Numbered from the stretch's first letter, positions 51,491-62,869 are shown. The stretch is DNA of 64,000 nucleotides from Cyanobacteria bacterium P01_A01_bin.123 (GCA_039815185.1 JBCBZT010000029.1:38217-102216); one strand, 5' to 3'. Numbers and translations are program-made. The notes: a model not told the origin generated them from the sequence alone.

Positions 51491-51689
51491 CAAGGCTTTC
51501 AGCACGTATTCTTTAAAGTCTTGAAATTGGCTCCAGTTTTGGCGTAGGGAGCGTTCTGATTTTTGTGTAAATCCCGGTCTTGAGCACGAAAAATCAAGGG
51601 TTCCAGGCTGATTAAACCCAGTTTTCTGAACACTCCCTTGGCGTACGACTCAAGTTTGACTATCGTTCTTTTGCTGCATCCACTCTTCA

Positions 51690-51926
51690 TTACTGGTATC
51701 TGCTGATTGACATCACTAACTGCGATCGAAGCTCAGAGGCGCTCAATCCTAACTTCTTAGCTTTCGCCTTGAATCCGTCCCAGCCATCCTGGGTAACCAT
51801 CACCTCACGCTGCTTTTTGGGCTCGTCATAGAGCGTTTCTCGCGGCGATAAATTTTCCAAACTGCTTGGATTCTCACTAGGCCGATATTCGCTTTTCTTG
51901 CGAGCCGTAACTAAATCCATATCCAT
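51690..51926 (-). CDS. Small ribbon-helix-helix/CopG-like DNA-binding protein, possibly truncated
   Basis: YDEPKKQREVMVTQDGWDGFKAKAKKLGLSASEL. Confidence 0.5.
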   Translation of the reverse strand: MDMDLVTARKKSEYRPSENPSSLENLSPRETLYDEPKKQREVMVTQDGWDGFKAKAKKLGLSASELRSQLVMSISRYQ

Positions 51927-52496
51927 ATCAAAGACGAGCAGCGCGGCCCTGAGTTTCGGTGCTGCAACATTCCCCAACTCAAAGCGATCGCGTCGCTTTA
52001 CCGAGTGCCAAAGTACAACCGCCTGCGTAAGGCCGAACTGGTGGCAGCACTGAGTGGGTGAGTCTACCGGGGTGGGCAAGTGGCGCAGTTCACCCCGTGA
52101 CCGATGACAGTACATCCAATTGTGACCGATACCAGTACATCTAATAACGAGGACTAGAAATGACTTCAACAACCCACAAGCAACCCACACAATCCAGGGG
52201 CAACAACAGCACTGAGCTGAGGACCATGATGGTTCAGAGTTAATGCGGCTCTACCACGTGCATCAAATTCGAGGGGCGTCTTATCAGTATCGATTAAGGG
52301 CCAAGCCGAAGCCTAGTGGCGACCACTCCATTTCTCCCCGCATGGTTGCCGCCTCTAACGTCTCACCGATATCCAAATGAAACGACTAGTTTGTAGTCTG
52401 ACTTACAGTGTTGCGCCAGGAAACACACCATGATGCCTGCATTCATCAAGATGCCGCAAGTTTTAATCGAGACTTAAGACGGGGAACCGGTTTGGT

Positions 52497-53174
52497 ATGC
52501 GAATCCTGCTAGTCGAAGACGATCTCCATTTATCAGCGTCGCTGTCAGAAGCTCTCGAAGCGATGCAATACACCGTGGATGTAGCCACTGACGGGGAAAT
52601 GGCCTGGCAGCAAATGATGATGTTACCCTATGACCTCATGCTGATGGATGTGACGCTGCCCTGCATTGATGGCCTGACCTTGTGCCAACGCATGCGATCG
52701 CGCAACATTGATTCGCCCGTGCTGATGTTGACCGCGCGCGATACCAGCCAAGACAAGATTGCCGGGCTTGATGCCGGGGCCGATGCTTATATGGTCAAGC
52801 CCTTTGATCTGGCTGAATTGACCGCCCAGATTCGAGCGTTGCTAAGGCGCGGGCAGACCAGCGCTAGCACCACCCTCCGTTGGGGAGCCTTAAGTCTGAA
52901 CCCCAATACCTTTGAAGTGGCTTACCAAGACACCCCCCTACGATTAACCCCTAAAGAATTTGCCATCCTCGATCTGCTGATGCGCCATGGTCGTCGAGTG
53001 TTGAGCCGCCATTTCATTTTGGAATCGATCTGGCAAATGGATGATCCACCGGGGGAGGAAACCGTGAAGGCCCATCTCAAATCCCTCAGGCAGAAATTGC
53101 GGAAAGCAAGTGCTCCACGTAATTTTGTAGAAACATTGCATGGGTTGGGCTATCGGTTGATGGCAGTTGAGTAG
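52497..53174 (+). CDS. OmpR/PhoB family response regulator
   Basis: MRILLVEDD, MLTARD, GADAYMVKPF, LTPKEF, ETLHGLGYRL. Confidence 0.96.
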   Translation: MRILLVEDDLHLSASLSEALEAMQYTVDVATDGEMAWQQMMMLPYDLMLMDVTLPCIDGLTLCQRMRSRNIDSPVLMLTARDTSQDKIAGLDAGADAYMVKPFDLAELTAQIRALLRRGQTSASTTLRWGALSLNPNTFEVAYQDTPLRLTPKEFAILDLLMRHGRRVLSRHFILESIWQMDDPPGEETVKAHLKSLRQKLRKASAPRNFVETLHGLGYRLMAVE

Positions 53175-53202
53175 GTGCAGGAGTAAAGTGACTGGCCTAT
53201 CT

Positions 53203-54948
53203 TCATTCCATATACGGCAAGGTCACAGTAATCCGGGTGCCTTGATCGAGATTATTGGTAATTTCCAAGGTGCCTTGGTGCCGGTCTACGCAGGTTTTGA
53301 CCACGGCCAGCCCCAACCCAGTTCCCGAAACAGTGCCGACATTTTTGCCGCGATAAAAAGCCTCTAAGATGGCCGATCGCTCTTCTGCTAAAATCCCGAT
53401 GCCCTGGTCGGTCACTTGAAAGCAAATTGTGTTTTTGGCCTGGTTGATCACCAAGCGAATCACGCTGCGCTCCGGCGAATATTTAGAGGCATTGGACAAG
53501 ACGTTAATCAGAATCAACGTGAGCAAATGCTTGTCGGCAAACATCTGGGCCTTAGCCGCATTCCCCTCCATTACCAGGATTTGTCCGGCTTGCCACGTAA
53601 TTTGCTCAGACAGCTCTTGGCCAAAAGGCTCTAGGGCAATAATTTCGGGGTTAAATTCGAGCTTGCCAGCTTCGGCCCGAGTCAAGGTCAAAATATCACT
53701 CACCAGCTTCCCCATCCGTTGAGCAGCCAGTTGAATGCGGTGGATGCTCTTCGCCTGTTTTTCCAGCGGTAGCTCATCAAGGCTGGTTTCAAGGGACTGG
53801 GCTGAGACCGAAATAATGCTCAGGGGAGTACGCAGTTCGTGGGAGGCCATGGAAAACAGTCGCAGTTTGAGTTCGCTCAGTTCTTGGGTGCGCTGGAGTT
53901 CGCTTTGCCAGCGTAAAAAATAAACCAGCACGGTAGTCGTGAGCAGTAGACCAATAATCAACGTGGCTAAGGTGCCCCACAAGAGCGATCGCGAAGCCGG
54001 GGGAACAAATACGATCTGCCACTGCCGCTGACCGAGCTGAATGGTTTGCGTACAGTCACTCGGATTCGTACAGAGAAAACTGGTGGGTTCAAGGGCGGCG
54101 ATCGCCTGGGGGTCGGCGCTGACGCTTTGGGTTGACGTTTGGTAAACCCCCAACAGTTGATCCGGGGGAGTCGCCGTCTGGTCAAGGATGTAAAAATCGA
54201 TGTCGTAATCCAGGTCACGCAACGATTCTTCGACTACATCAGCCACTCGGAAAACCCCCAACACGTAGCCCTCAATAGCTGCTCTGCGCTCAGGTAGGGT
54301 CGCCGCCACGGCTTGATAGATCGGGACAAACACCAAAAACCCATACTGGTCTGCATTCGTTTCTTGCACGAGCTGAATGCGTCCGGTGGTCGCGATCGTA
54401 CCGGTATCTCGCGCAATTTCCAACGCGACGCGGCGGGTGTCATCGGAGGCGAGGTCATAGCCCAGCGCCACCTCGTTACTCGCAACGGGTTCTAAAAACG
54501 TGACGGGCACATAGCGATTGCGCTCCCGCGCTGGAATCAGTTGCCCCGTATCGCTATCCCGCTCCGTGATTAACGCCTGCGGATTCTGGGTGACGGTTTT
54601 GAGCTGCTGCTCGTAGTCAGCGCGATCTCGTTGGGGAATCTCGGGTGCCCATTCCAGCGCTTGAATACCAGGATAGGTGGCGATCGCGCGACTCACAAAT
54701 CGCTGAAAAGTGGCCTCATCTACTCCATTTTCCGCCGCATCATACAAATCACTAATCGATAGCAATAATTCTGTATAGCGGTTGGTAGTGCGCTGCACTG
54801 CTGTCGTCAGATTATTGGTTTGCTTTTGAAATTCGCTCTGCTTCGATAATTTTTCCCAACGCTCAACCCACACTGTTGTAGACAGCGTTGCCCCTAGGCC
54901 CAGCATCACAATTAAAGCGGTGGGTAAATGTCGTAAAACCGCAAGCAT
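53203..54948 (-). CDS. CHASE-domain sensor histidine kinase
   Basis: PGIQALEW, N..ALGYDL, IQLVQE; H-box SHELRTPL, NASKYS, GTGLGL. Confidence 0.94.
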   Translation of the reverse strand: MLAVLRHLPTALIVMLGLGATLSTTVWVERWEKLSKQSEFQKQTNNLTTAVQRTTNRYTELLLSISDLYDAAENGVDEATFQRFVSRAIATYPGIQALEWAPEIPQRDRADYEQQLKTVTQNPQALITERDSDTGQLIPARERNRYVPVTFLEPVASNEVALGYDLASDDTRRVALEIARDTGTIATTGRIQLVQETNADQYGFLVFVPIYQAVAATLPERRAAIEGYVLGVFRVADVVEESLRDLDYDIDFYILDQTATPPDQLLGVYQTSTQSVSADPQAIAALEPTSFLCTNPSDCTQTIQLGQRQWQIVFVPPASRSLLWGTLATLIIGLLLTTTVLVYFLRWQSELQRTQELSELKLRLFSMASHELRTPLSIISVSAQSLETSLDELPLEKQAKSIHRIQLAAQRMGKLVSDILTLTRAEAGKLEFNPEIIALEPFGQELSEQITWQAGQILVMEGNAAKAQMFADKHLLTLILINVLSNASKYSPERSVIRLVINQAKNTICFQVTDQGIGILAEERSAILEAFYRGKNVGTVSGTGLGLAVVKTCVDRHQGTLEITNNLDQGTRITVTLPYME

Positions 54949-55332
54949 CCCATCAACAGCAATGAATGACTTAGCGATTCATCCTATCGGAAATATTAGA
55001 CCTCTTGCACGAATCGAGAAAGTAGTTTCCAATCAGGGCATTTAGGCTGTGTCCAATGCTGTACGAAGACCTCATTGAGTCGGCAGCGAAGCCGACACTG
55101 CCAAGATTGCATCAGAAGAATTTCCCGATTTCTTCCCGATTTCTTCTCAAAAATTTGCTAAGGCAAGCCATAGATTAACGTTTAACTCTAGATGGCTTGT
55201 GATTGCTTCCGAATTGAATTGTAGCGCTTTTTACTATTTTTGAAATTTTCGTTTGGGTTCTGGTAAAGCGATCGCTGCAAACAGTCTTGCACAAGCAGAG
55301 TATCTAGAACTGCCCTCCAATTTTTAACTGCC

Positions 55333-57021
55333 ATGAGACGCCGACGCTTAATTCAAACCAGTATGGGATTTGCCGCTGGCCTTACCCTGGCGGGTGGCCT
55401 AAAAGCGTGTAGCAGCGATGATTCTGCTTCAACCCCAGGTGCTGCCCCAGCGGACACAGCTGAAGGCGGTGCTGAGTCATCTGATGCCACCCTCACGGTG
55501 GTGCAAGGCGGCGGCTTCCCAAATAGTTTGGACTTGCACCGCGTTGGCACTAACCGTCCTGCCTATGGGGTTTCTTGGGTGATGTACGATCGCCTCATGA
55601 CCTTTGGCAAAAAGACCCTGGACGACGGTTCTATTTCCTACGACTACACCGTGCTAGAACCGGAACTGGCGGAAAGTTGGGAAATGGCCGAAGATGGCAT
55701 GTCCGTCACCTTTAACTTGCGCCCCGATGCCACCTTCCACGACGGCACTCCCGTCACCGCCAACGATGTGAAGTGGTCGTTTGATCGTGCTGTTTCCATT
55801 GGTGGTTTCCCGAGCTTCCAGATGAAAGCCGGCGCCCTCGAAAGTCCCGATCAGTTTGAAGTGGTGGACGATCAGACTTTCCGTGTGAAGTTTCTGCGTC
55901 CCGATAAGCTCACCATGATGGACATGGCGGTGCCGATTCCCGTTATTATCAACGCCAAACTGGTAGAACCCCATCTCACTGAAGAAGACCCCTGGGGCGC
56001 GGAATGGCTCAACAACAATGATGCCGGGAGCGGGGCATACACCATCAAAGCATACAAGCCCAATGAGCGCATCGTTCTAGAGCGATTTGAGGACTGGAAA
56101 TCAGGCCCGATGCCCCAGATTCAGGAAGTGATTTTGCTGAACGTTCCCGAAGCGGGCAACCGTCGCGCCCTGCTAGAGAAAGGGGATGTCGATGTCAACT
56201 TCACCGTGTCGGAAAAAGACCAGACGGAACTAGACGCTACGGGCAATTTCACTGTGATCTCGACCCCGATTGAGAACTGCTTGTATTCCGTCGATATGCA
56301 TGCTAACCCTCAGCTCAATGGGGAAGACAACCCCTTTGGTGATGTGAAAGTGCGGCAGGCCGTGTCCTACGCAATTCCCTATGATGCCATCATGGATACC
56401 GCCCTGTATGACCAGGCGGTACCTATGTACGGTGGCTCTACCCAGCCCGAAACCATTGACTGGCCTCAACCCAGCCCGTACACCACCGACATGGAGAAGG
56501 CCAAAGCCCTCCTGGCAGAATCCAGCTATCCCGATGGGTTTGAAACGACCCTTGCCTTCAATATGGGCACCCAAGAATGGGCCGAGCCGACGGTCGTGCT
56601 AATTCAAGAAGCGCTGGCCGAACTGGGCATCACCGTCAACATTGAAAAGGTCCCTGGTGCCAACTTCCGCTCCGTCTTGGTAGAAAAGAGCCGTCCCATG
56701 ATTATCAATAACTTTGGTGGCTGGCTCAACTATCCGGATTACTTCTTCTTCTACGCCTATCACGGGCAAGACGCTACCTTTAACGGCAGCTCCTACAAAA
56801 ATCCGGAGATGGATACCAAGATTGAGGCCGCCCTCGCATCTGAACCGGGCAATAAAGAGTACGACGACAACGTCAAAGGCTTTATCGAAATGGCTTGGCA
56901 GGAAGTCCCTCGCGCGCCGCTGGTGCAGCCTCAACTCGGGGTCGCCATGCAGCCCAACATCACCGGCTATCAGTACTGGTTCCATCGGCAGTTGGATTTC
57001 CGGCAATTGGAGAAAGCGTAG
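55333..57021 (+). CDS. ABC substrate-binding protein family 5 (Tat lipoprotein)
   Basis: MRRRRLI...LKAC; PELAESW, FHDGTPVTANDVKWSF, VRQAVSYAI. Confidence 0.94.
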   Translation: MRRRRLIQTSMGFAAGLTLAGGLKACSSDDSASTPGAAPADTAEGGAESSDATLTVVQGGGFPNSLDLHRVGTNRPAYGVSWVMYDRLMTFGKKTLDDGSISYDYTVLEPELAESWEMAEDGMSVTFNLRPDATFHDGTPVTANDVKWSFDRAVSIGGFPSFQMKAGALESPDQFEVVDDQTFRVKFLRPDKLTMMDMAVPIPVIINAKLVEPHLTEEDPWGAEWLNNNDAGSGAYTIKAYKPNERIVLERFEDWKSGPMPQIQEVILLNVPEAGNRRALLEKGDVDVNFTVSEKDQTELDATGNFTVISTPIENCLYSVDMHANPQLNGEDNPFGDVKVRQAVSYAIPYDAIMDTALYDQAVPMYGGSTQPETIDWPQPSPYTTDMEKAKALLAESSYPDGFETTLAFNMGTQEWAEPTVVLIQEALAELGITVNIEKVPGANFRSVLVEKSRPMIINNFGGWLNYPDYFFFYAYHGQDATFNGSSYKNPEMDTKIEAALASEPGNKEYDDNVKGFIEMAWQEVPRAPLVQPQLGVAMQPNITGYQYWFHRQLDFRQLEKA

Positions 57022-57029
57022 TGCCTGAT

Positions 57030-57160
57030 GAGCAAGGGAGCTTGATGAGCACAGGGAGCGTAAGGCGCGAAAGAGCTTTAAAGGCTAGAAAGCCCGGCTC
57101 GTTTCCTGCTTCAACAGGTTGTCTATTTGCCCCATCCCCCTTGCTCCCCTGCCCTGACTT
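57030..57160. repeat. Short tandem GGGAGCA-type repeats in operon spacers (also 59078-59190, 59260-59310, 60361-60440)
   Basis: GAGCAAGGGAGC/GAGCAGGGGAGC followed by complementary CTCCCCTGC runs. Confidence 0.6.
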
Positions 57161-57200
57161 ACACCGGGCTTATTCCGCGATCCACTAGCCCCTGCACAAC

Positions 57201-58226
57201 ATGGCTCATTCCACCGGCAAAATTATTGGTCAACGTATCCTGGGCGCAATACCGAGTGTCATTGGCGTGGTGATTGTGACGTTTGTGTTGACGCGAGCCC
57301 TGCCGGGGGATCCGGCGGCGTTTTTTGCCGGACCGGCTGCCACAGCGGAAGCGATTGAGGACGTGCGAGCTACCTTGGGACTCGATAAGACCTTGCCGGA
57401 ACAGTTCTTTCTGTATCTCGGCGACTTAGTGCAGGGGGATTTGGGTACGTCTCTGACAACGGGGCAAACAGTAGTCTTTGACTTGGCAACTCGGTTACCG
57501 GCGTCCCTGGAGTTGACGTTAGCGGGGTTAGTATTTGCGATCGCTCTGGCGCTCCCCCTAGGCATTCTCGCCGCCACTCGGCCTAACTCTTGGGTTGACC
57601 ACAGCGTGCGCATACTGGCCACTGCTGGCGTTTCTCTCCCGACCTTTTTTACCGGGTTGTTCCTCATCTACATGCTGTATTATCGACTGGGCTGGGCGCC
57701 TGCACCGCTGGGTCGACTCGATATTCTTTACAGTGCACCCACTCACGTGACTGGGTTGTATCTGATTGATAGTTTACTGGCAGGTGACTTAGAACTCTTC
57801 TGGGCGGCTGCTTCCCAGCTCTTTTTACCTGCCGTCACGCTGGGCCTGTTTGCGTTGGCTCCGTTGGCTCGGGTAACCCGTGCTTCTATGCTCGGCATGT
57901 TGTCCAGCGATTTTATCCGCACCGCTCGCGCCAGCGGTTTGCCACCGCGACAAGTGCTGTTTGGCTATGCCTTCCGTAATGCTATGTTGCCCGTGATTAC
58001 CACCCTGGGGGTGGTGTTCTCGTTTCTATTGGGCGCCAACATTCTCGTGGAGAAGGTGTTTGCTTGGCCAGGCATCGGTTCCTATGCGGTCGAGGCCCTG
58101 GTTGCCTCAGACTATGCCCCGATTCAGGGCTTCATTCTGACCATGGCACTGCTGTATGTCGTGCTGAACTTATTGATTGATTTGCTCTATGTCGTGATTG
58201 ATCCACGCGCGGGAGTTGAAACATGA
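57201..58226 (+). CDS. Dpp/Opp ABC permease (DppB-like)
   Basis: LPGDPA, LGLDK, PASLEL, FIRTARASG, FAWPGIG. Confidence 0.95.
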   Translation: MAHSTGKIIGQRILGAIPSVIGVVIVTFVLTRALPGDPAAFFAGPAATAEAIEDVRATLGLDKTLPEQFFLYLGDLVQGDLGTSLTTGQTVVFDLATRLPASLELTLAGLVFAIALALPLGILAATRPNSWVDHSVRILATAGVSLPTFFTGLFLIYMLYYRLGWAPAPLGRLDILYSAPTHVTGLYLIDSLLAGDLELFWAAASQLFLPAVTLGLFALAPLARVTRASMLGMLSSDFIRTARASGLPPRQVLFGYAFRNAMLPVITTLGVVFSFLLGANILVEKVFAWPGIGSYAVEALVASDYAPIQGFILTMALLYVVLNLLIDLLYVVIDPRAGVET

Positions 58227-59071
58227 CCTCCACGACCTTCCAACACACTCGCTATGTCATTAGCGAGAACTTGGTCACCTTTGGGGCCTTTGCGCTGTTT
58301 TTGGTGTTTGTATTGTTTGCGATTTTTGGCGAAGCGATCGCCCCTTACGATTCGCTCGCGAGCAATGCGGCTGTTGCCCTACAACCACCCTCCGCAGCTC
58401 ATTGGTTTGGCACTGACGAACTGGGTCGCGATATTCTCAGCCGGGTGATCGTCGCCACGCGCTTGGATTTGGGCATTGCCGTAGTTGCGGTGTTCCTCTC
58501 ATTTATAGTCGGTAGCCTGTTGGGCACTTGTGCGGGATACTTTGGCGGCTGGAGCGATCGCATCATTTCCCGTTGTATTGACACACTCATGGCCTTTCCA
58601 CTTTTCGTCCTCGCCATGGGTCTCGTCGCAGCCTTAGGTAACACTGTCGCCAATATTATTTACGCCACTGCCATTATCAACCTGCCCCTTTACACCCGCG
58701 TGGTGCGCTCCGAAATTCTGGTGCGGCGGGAAGCAGGGTTTGTAGAAGCGGCGAGACTTACGGGCAACAGCGAATGGCGCATCATGGCTCGGCATCTTTT
58801 CCCGAACGTGCTTCCTGTAATGATGGTCCATATTTCTCTGAATATGGGTTGGGCCATTCTCAATGCCGCTGGTCTTTCCTTCATTGGATTGGGGGTGCAG
58901 CCGCCCACACCAGAATGGGGCATCATGGTCGCCGAAGGTGCGACGTACATCGTGTCGGGGGAATGGTGGTTGGCCTTGTTCCCCGGCGCTGTCTTGATGT
59001 TAGCCGTCTTTTGTTTCAACCTACTTGGCGATGGCCTCAGAGACTTGATTGACCCCAGAATGCGTACGTAA
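58223..59071 (+). CDS. Dpp/Opp ABC permease (DppC-like)
   Basis: HWFGTDELGRDI, FVEAAR, LSFIGLGVQPPTPEWG, GDGLRDLIDP. Confidence 0.95.
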   Translation: MTSTTFQHTRYVISENLVTFGAFALFLVFVLFAIFGEAIAPYDSLASNAAVALQPPSAAHWFGTDELGRDILSRVIVATRLDLGIAVVAVFLSFIVGSLLGTCAGYFGGWSDRIISRCIDTLMAFPLFVLAMGLVAALGNTVANIIYATAIINLPLYTRVVRSEILVRREAGFVEAARLTGNSEWRIMARHLFPNVLPVMMVHISLNMGWAILNAAGLSFIGLGVQPPTPEWGIMVAEGATYIVSGEWWLALFPGAVLMLAVFCFNLLGDGLRDLIDPRMRT

Positions 59072-59321
59072 TAAGGGCGAGGGAGCAGGGGAGCGTGAGC
59101 AGCAGGGGAGCTAAAACCTCTAATCGAGCTGCTTTTTCCAACAGCATGTCAACAAGTCTCTGCCCCCAAAGCCCCTGTTGCTCCCTCGCCTTTTGTCCTA
59201 CTCATATCAACCACGAAGACGGATTATGAATAATCTTCTTTCTCTCTAATTTTTCCCAAATCCCCTCTCGCTCCCTTGCCCCTCATCTTCCCCGCCCCCC
59301 TGCTCCTCCATTCTTTCTGCC

Positions 59322-60356
59322 ATGATGCTTTACCCGTCTTCCTCGCCACCACCAACCTCAGCGGCAACCGTTTCGACAAAGCTATTGGCCGTCGACAATC
59401 TTGACGTAGAATTCCGCACTCGTTCTGGGACGGTAAAGGCATTAGAAGCGGTCAGTTTTGCTATTGAACCGGGGGAAACTGTTGGTATTGTGGGGGAAAG
59501 TGGCTCGGGTAAGTCTGTTACCGCCTTTACTTTAATGGGCGTGTTGGATCGAGCGGGTAAAGTCACTGCTGGGAAGGCGCTGTTTCAAACCGATCGCGTC
59601 GCCGTCGACCTGCTCAGAGAGCCGGAATCCTCCCTGCGACAGTTACGCGGCAAAGAACTGTCGATGATTTTTCAGAACCCCCGTACGGCGCTGAACCCTA
59701 TTCGGAAAGTGGGCAAGCAGATCACCGATGTTTTGCGCTGCCACACCGATTTATCCGGCAATGCCCTCCGCGATCGCGCCATTGAAATGCTGGCTAGCGT
59801 CCGCATTCCTGACCCAGAAAAGCGCTATGACGCCTATCCCTACGAACTTTCCGGTGGGCTGTGCCAGCGCATCATGATTGCGATCGCCCTCGCCTGTTCC
59901 CCAAAACTGCTGATCGCCGATGAACCCACCACTGGTCTGGACGTGACCACTCAAGCCACGGTGATGAATCTCATTAAAGATCTGGCGACCCAGCAACAGA
60001 TGGCTGCCATTCTCATCACCCATGACCTGGCACTAGCGTCAGAATATTGCGATCGCATCGTTGTCATGCACGCCGGACACGTCGTCGAGTTTGCCCCCAC
60101 CCACAGACTGTTTCAATCTCCTCGTCACCCTTACACCGCCAAACTCATCGCCGCCACACCCGAACCCCACAAAGCCTTTGCAGACCTGATTCCCATTCCG
60201 GGCAACCTCCCTGACCTTAAAGCGACGAGCATTCCCCCCTGTCGATTTAGCCCACGGTGCGATCGCTACGAACCTGCCCTCTGCGACCAAGCCCCTCTGA
60301 CTCGCCAACAGCCGATTTCAGAGCATCATGTCGCCTGCTGGAAACCACTGGAATGA
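59322..60356 (+). CDS. Dpp/Opp ABC ATPase (DppD-like)
   Basis: [30 protein letters not shown]-terminal Cys cluster. Confidence 0.95.
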   Translation: MMLYPSSSPPPTSAATVSTKLLAVDNLDVEFRTRSGTVKALEAVSFAIEPGETVGIVGESGSGKSVTAFTLMGVLDRAGKVTAGKALFQTDRVAVDLLREPESSLRQLRGKELSMIFQNPRTALNPIRKVGKQITDVLRCHTDLSGNALRDRAIEMLASVRIPDPEKRYDAYPYELSGGLCQRIMIAIALACSPKLLIADEPTTGLDVTTQATVMNLIKDLATQQQMAAILITHDLALASEYCDRIVVMHAGHVVEFAPTHRLFQSPRHPYTAKLIAATPEPHKAFADLIPIPGNLPDLKATSIPPCRFSPRCDRYEPALCDQAPLTRQQPISEHHVACWKPLE

Positions 60357-60470
60357 TTAACAGAGCAGAGGAGCAGGAACACGTTAAAAAATAAATCTTT
60401 GCCTACCGCCCCAGAGCCCCGCTAGCTCCCTTGTCCTTGCAATCCCAATGCTTACTTAGCTCCAAATCCC

Positions 60471-61442
60471 ATGGCCTCCCTCATCCAAACCGACACTTTG
60501 CTGCAAGTGCGCGACCTTTGCAAAACTTTCCCCGTTGGCAAAAGCGCGAACCTGCACGCCGTCGATCACGTTTCCTTCGACATTCGTCCGGGTGAAAGTG
60601 TTGGATTGGTGGGAGAGTCGGGCTGCGGTAAGTCCACCCTGATTCGACTAATCACCCGTCTGCTGGATGTCACCTCCGGCACCATCAAATTTGATGACAC
60701 GATTCTCAGCACTGTCACTGTGCGTCAATTCCCAAAAAGTCCTCACCGCAAGGGCATTCAGCTGGTGTTTCAAGACCCGACCGATAGCTTAAATCCCCGA
60801 TTCACTGCTTATGACACCATCACCGAACCCATCAAACGACTAGCAGGTGGGCGCAACAAAGCTCAACTGCAAACCCGCGCTGCTGAGTTATCCGACCTTG
60901 TGGGCTTACCCCAAGAACTGCTGAGCCGTTTTCCGCACCAGCTCTCTGGGGGCCAAAAGGCCCGAGTGGGAATTGCCCGCGCGATCGCTCTCAATCCCAA
61001 TCTCCTGGTTTTAGACGAACCCACGTCAGCACTGGATGTCTCCGTCCAAGCCGTCATTCTGCATCTCCTCGCTGACCTTAAAGAACGGTTGGGCATGAGC
61101 TACCTCTTTGTGTCCCATGACCTAAACGTAGTGCGGCTGCTGTGCGATCGCATCCTCGTCATGTACCTGGGCAAAATCATTGAAGCGGGTCCCGTCGAGC
61201 AAGTCTTCAACCAGCCCCGCCACCCCTATACCGAAGCTCTGATCTCTGCCATTCCTAGCTTTGAAGCCAAACCCCATCCCATTCCCCTCACCGGCGAACC
61301 CCGTAGCCCCATCAACCCCGATCCCAACGTCTGTCGGCTCTATGGGCGCTGCCCTAAAGGCGAAGCAACATGCCAACAGTTCATGCCCACTCTCAACGAA
61401 GTCGCCCCTGACCACTGGGCAGCCTGTCACTTCCATAACTGA
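60471..61442 (+). CDS. Dpp/Opp ABC ATPase (DppF-like)
   Basis: GESGCGKS, FPHQLSGGQ, LDEPTSALDVSVQA. Confidence 0.95.
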   Translation: MASLIQTDTLLQVRDLCKTFPVGKSANLHAVDHVSFDIRPGESVGLVGESGCGKSTLIRLITRLLDVTSGTIKFDDTILSTVTVRQFPKSPHRKGIQLVFQDPTDSLNPRFTAYDTITEPIKRLAGGRNKAQLQTRAAELSDLVGLPQELLSRFPHQLSGGQKARVGIARAIALNPNLLVLDEPTSALDVSVQAVILHLLADLKERLGMSYLFVSHDLNVVRLLCDRILVMYLGKIIEAGPVEQVFNQPRHPYTEALISAIPSFEAKPHPIPLTGEPRSPINPDPNVCRLYGRCPKGEATCQQFMPTLNEVAPDHWAACHFHN

Positions 61443-61501
61443 CGGCTGGAACCCCGCCCACACATCCTAAAAGCCCCCTTTGCCCTCAAAGCCCAGCCCC
61501 A

Positions 61502-62719
61502 ATGCAAACCTACAACCTCGTTCTCACTGGCGGACACGTTATCGACTCCAGTCAATCCCTGGATGGGCCATACGATGTTGCGATTCGCGATGGCAAAATT
61601 GCGGCGATCGCTCCCCAATTGCCACCCTACACCGCTAAAGCTACTCAAGACGTCACCGGAAAACTCGTTTGCCCAGGTTTCATCGATCTCCACGTTCATG
61701 TTTACGAATGGGTAACGGACTTTGGCCTATGGCCCGATGATGTGGGTGTGAACGCGGGCGTTACGACTGTGGTTGACCAGGGCAGTTGTGGCCCGCTGAC
61801 ATTTCTGGGCTTCAAAGCCAATATTGTGGAGCAGGCGCAAACGGACGTGCGCTGTTTTCCTTCAGTCAATCTAGCCGGGGCACTGAAGGGCGGCATGGGT
61901 TCCCCGGCGTTGCACAGCCCCGACATGGTTGATCTTGATGCTTTACGGCGACTCGCCCAAGAGAATCCAGGAACAGTACGCGGATTCAAAGTTCATGGCG
62001 AATCAGGCGCGTTGTCTCGCTGGGGTACCCAGGTGATTGAACTGGCACGCCAAGCCGCCGATGCCGCGCAGTTGCCGCTGTATGTGCATACGGGCGAACT
62101 CTTTGCCGTGGTGGAGGAAAATCGCCCTTCCCCTGAACAGGTCATTGATTACGTCCTGCCGCATCTCAAGCCGGGTGATCTGTTGGCCCACTGCTATAGC
62201 TGTCGTCCCGATGGTCTGATGGGCGATCGCGACACTCCCTCTCTAGCTCTTGTGCAAGCAATTGCGGAAGGGGTGCGCCTTGATTTGGGACACGGTATCA
62301 ACTTCAGCTTTGCGATCGCCCGTCGCATGATGGAGCAGGGACTGATGCCATACACAATCAGCAGCGATGTCCACGGTGATTTTGCCACTCCCCACAATGA
62401 CGCCACCCTCGACTACAGCCTCTGTGGAGCGCTCTCGAAGCTGGTTGCATTAGGCATGGAATTAAAGGAGGCGATCGCCGCCGTCACCCTTCACCCCGCC
62501 ACTGTTCTTCAAGCCGAAGCTGACCTCGGCACCCTAAAAGCAGGCACCCGTGCCGATATCACAGTGTTAGAAAAAATGGATGCCCCTTGGATTTGCCGCG
62601 ATGCCAAAGGCGAACAGTTAATCGCACCACAAAGATTTAGCCCAGCCTGGGTTGTCAAATCTGGAGAATTGATTACGCCTCATCGTCGCTTGCTCAAGGA
62701 TTTGGTTGTCGCGGGCTAA
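61502..62719 (+). CDS. Metal-dependent amidohydrolase, dihydroorotase/deacetylase-like
   Basis: PGFIDLHVH, AGVTTVVDQG, YVHTG, ISSDVH, VTLHPA. Confidence 0.92.
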   Translation: MQTYNLVLTGGHVIDSSQSLDGPYDVAIRDGKIAAIAPQLPPYTAKATQDVTGKLVCPGFIDLHVHVYEWVTDFGLWPDDVGVNAGVTTVVDQGSCGPLTFLGFKANIVEQAQTDVRCFPSVNLAGALKGGMGSPALHSPDMVDLDALRRLAQENPGTVRGFKVHGESGALSRWGTQVIELARQAADAAQLPLYVHTGELFAVVEENRPSPEQVIDYVLPHLKPGDLLAHCYSCRPDGLMGDRDTPSLALVQAIAEGVRLDLGHGINFSFAIARRMMEQGLMPYTISSDVHGDFATPHNDATLDYSLCGALSKLVALGMELKEAIAAVTLHPATVLQAEADLGTLKAGTRADITVLEKMDAPWICRDAKGEQLIAPQRFSPAWVVKSGELITPHRRLLKDLVVAG

Positions 62720-62869
62720 GCTGTAAGCTCGACAACAACTCGCTATCGTGCTCTTATCTGGGCATAAGATCCCTGGTGGCACAATCCGTGTTGAACCGTC
62801 TACCTATTCGGACGTAGCTTAGTGCTATTCTGGCGAATCTCCGTGCCTTCAGGCCGGAGAGGATGTCAA
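62720..62869 (+). mobile_element. IS200/IS605 right-end remnant without tnpB
   Basis: GAATCTCCGTGCCTTCAGGCCGGAGAGGATGTCAA: subterminal hairpin followed by TCAA; left boundary approximate. Confidence 0.75.

Noticed and set aside
51490..51690. Transposase gene
   Set aside because: Only an IS-end-like GCTGAAAGCCTTG motif; no transposase ORF could be supported.
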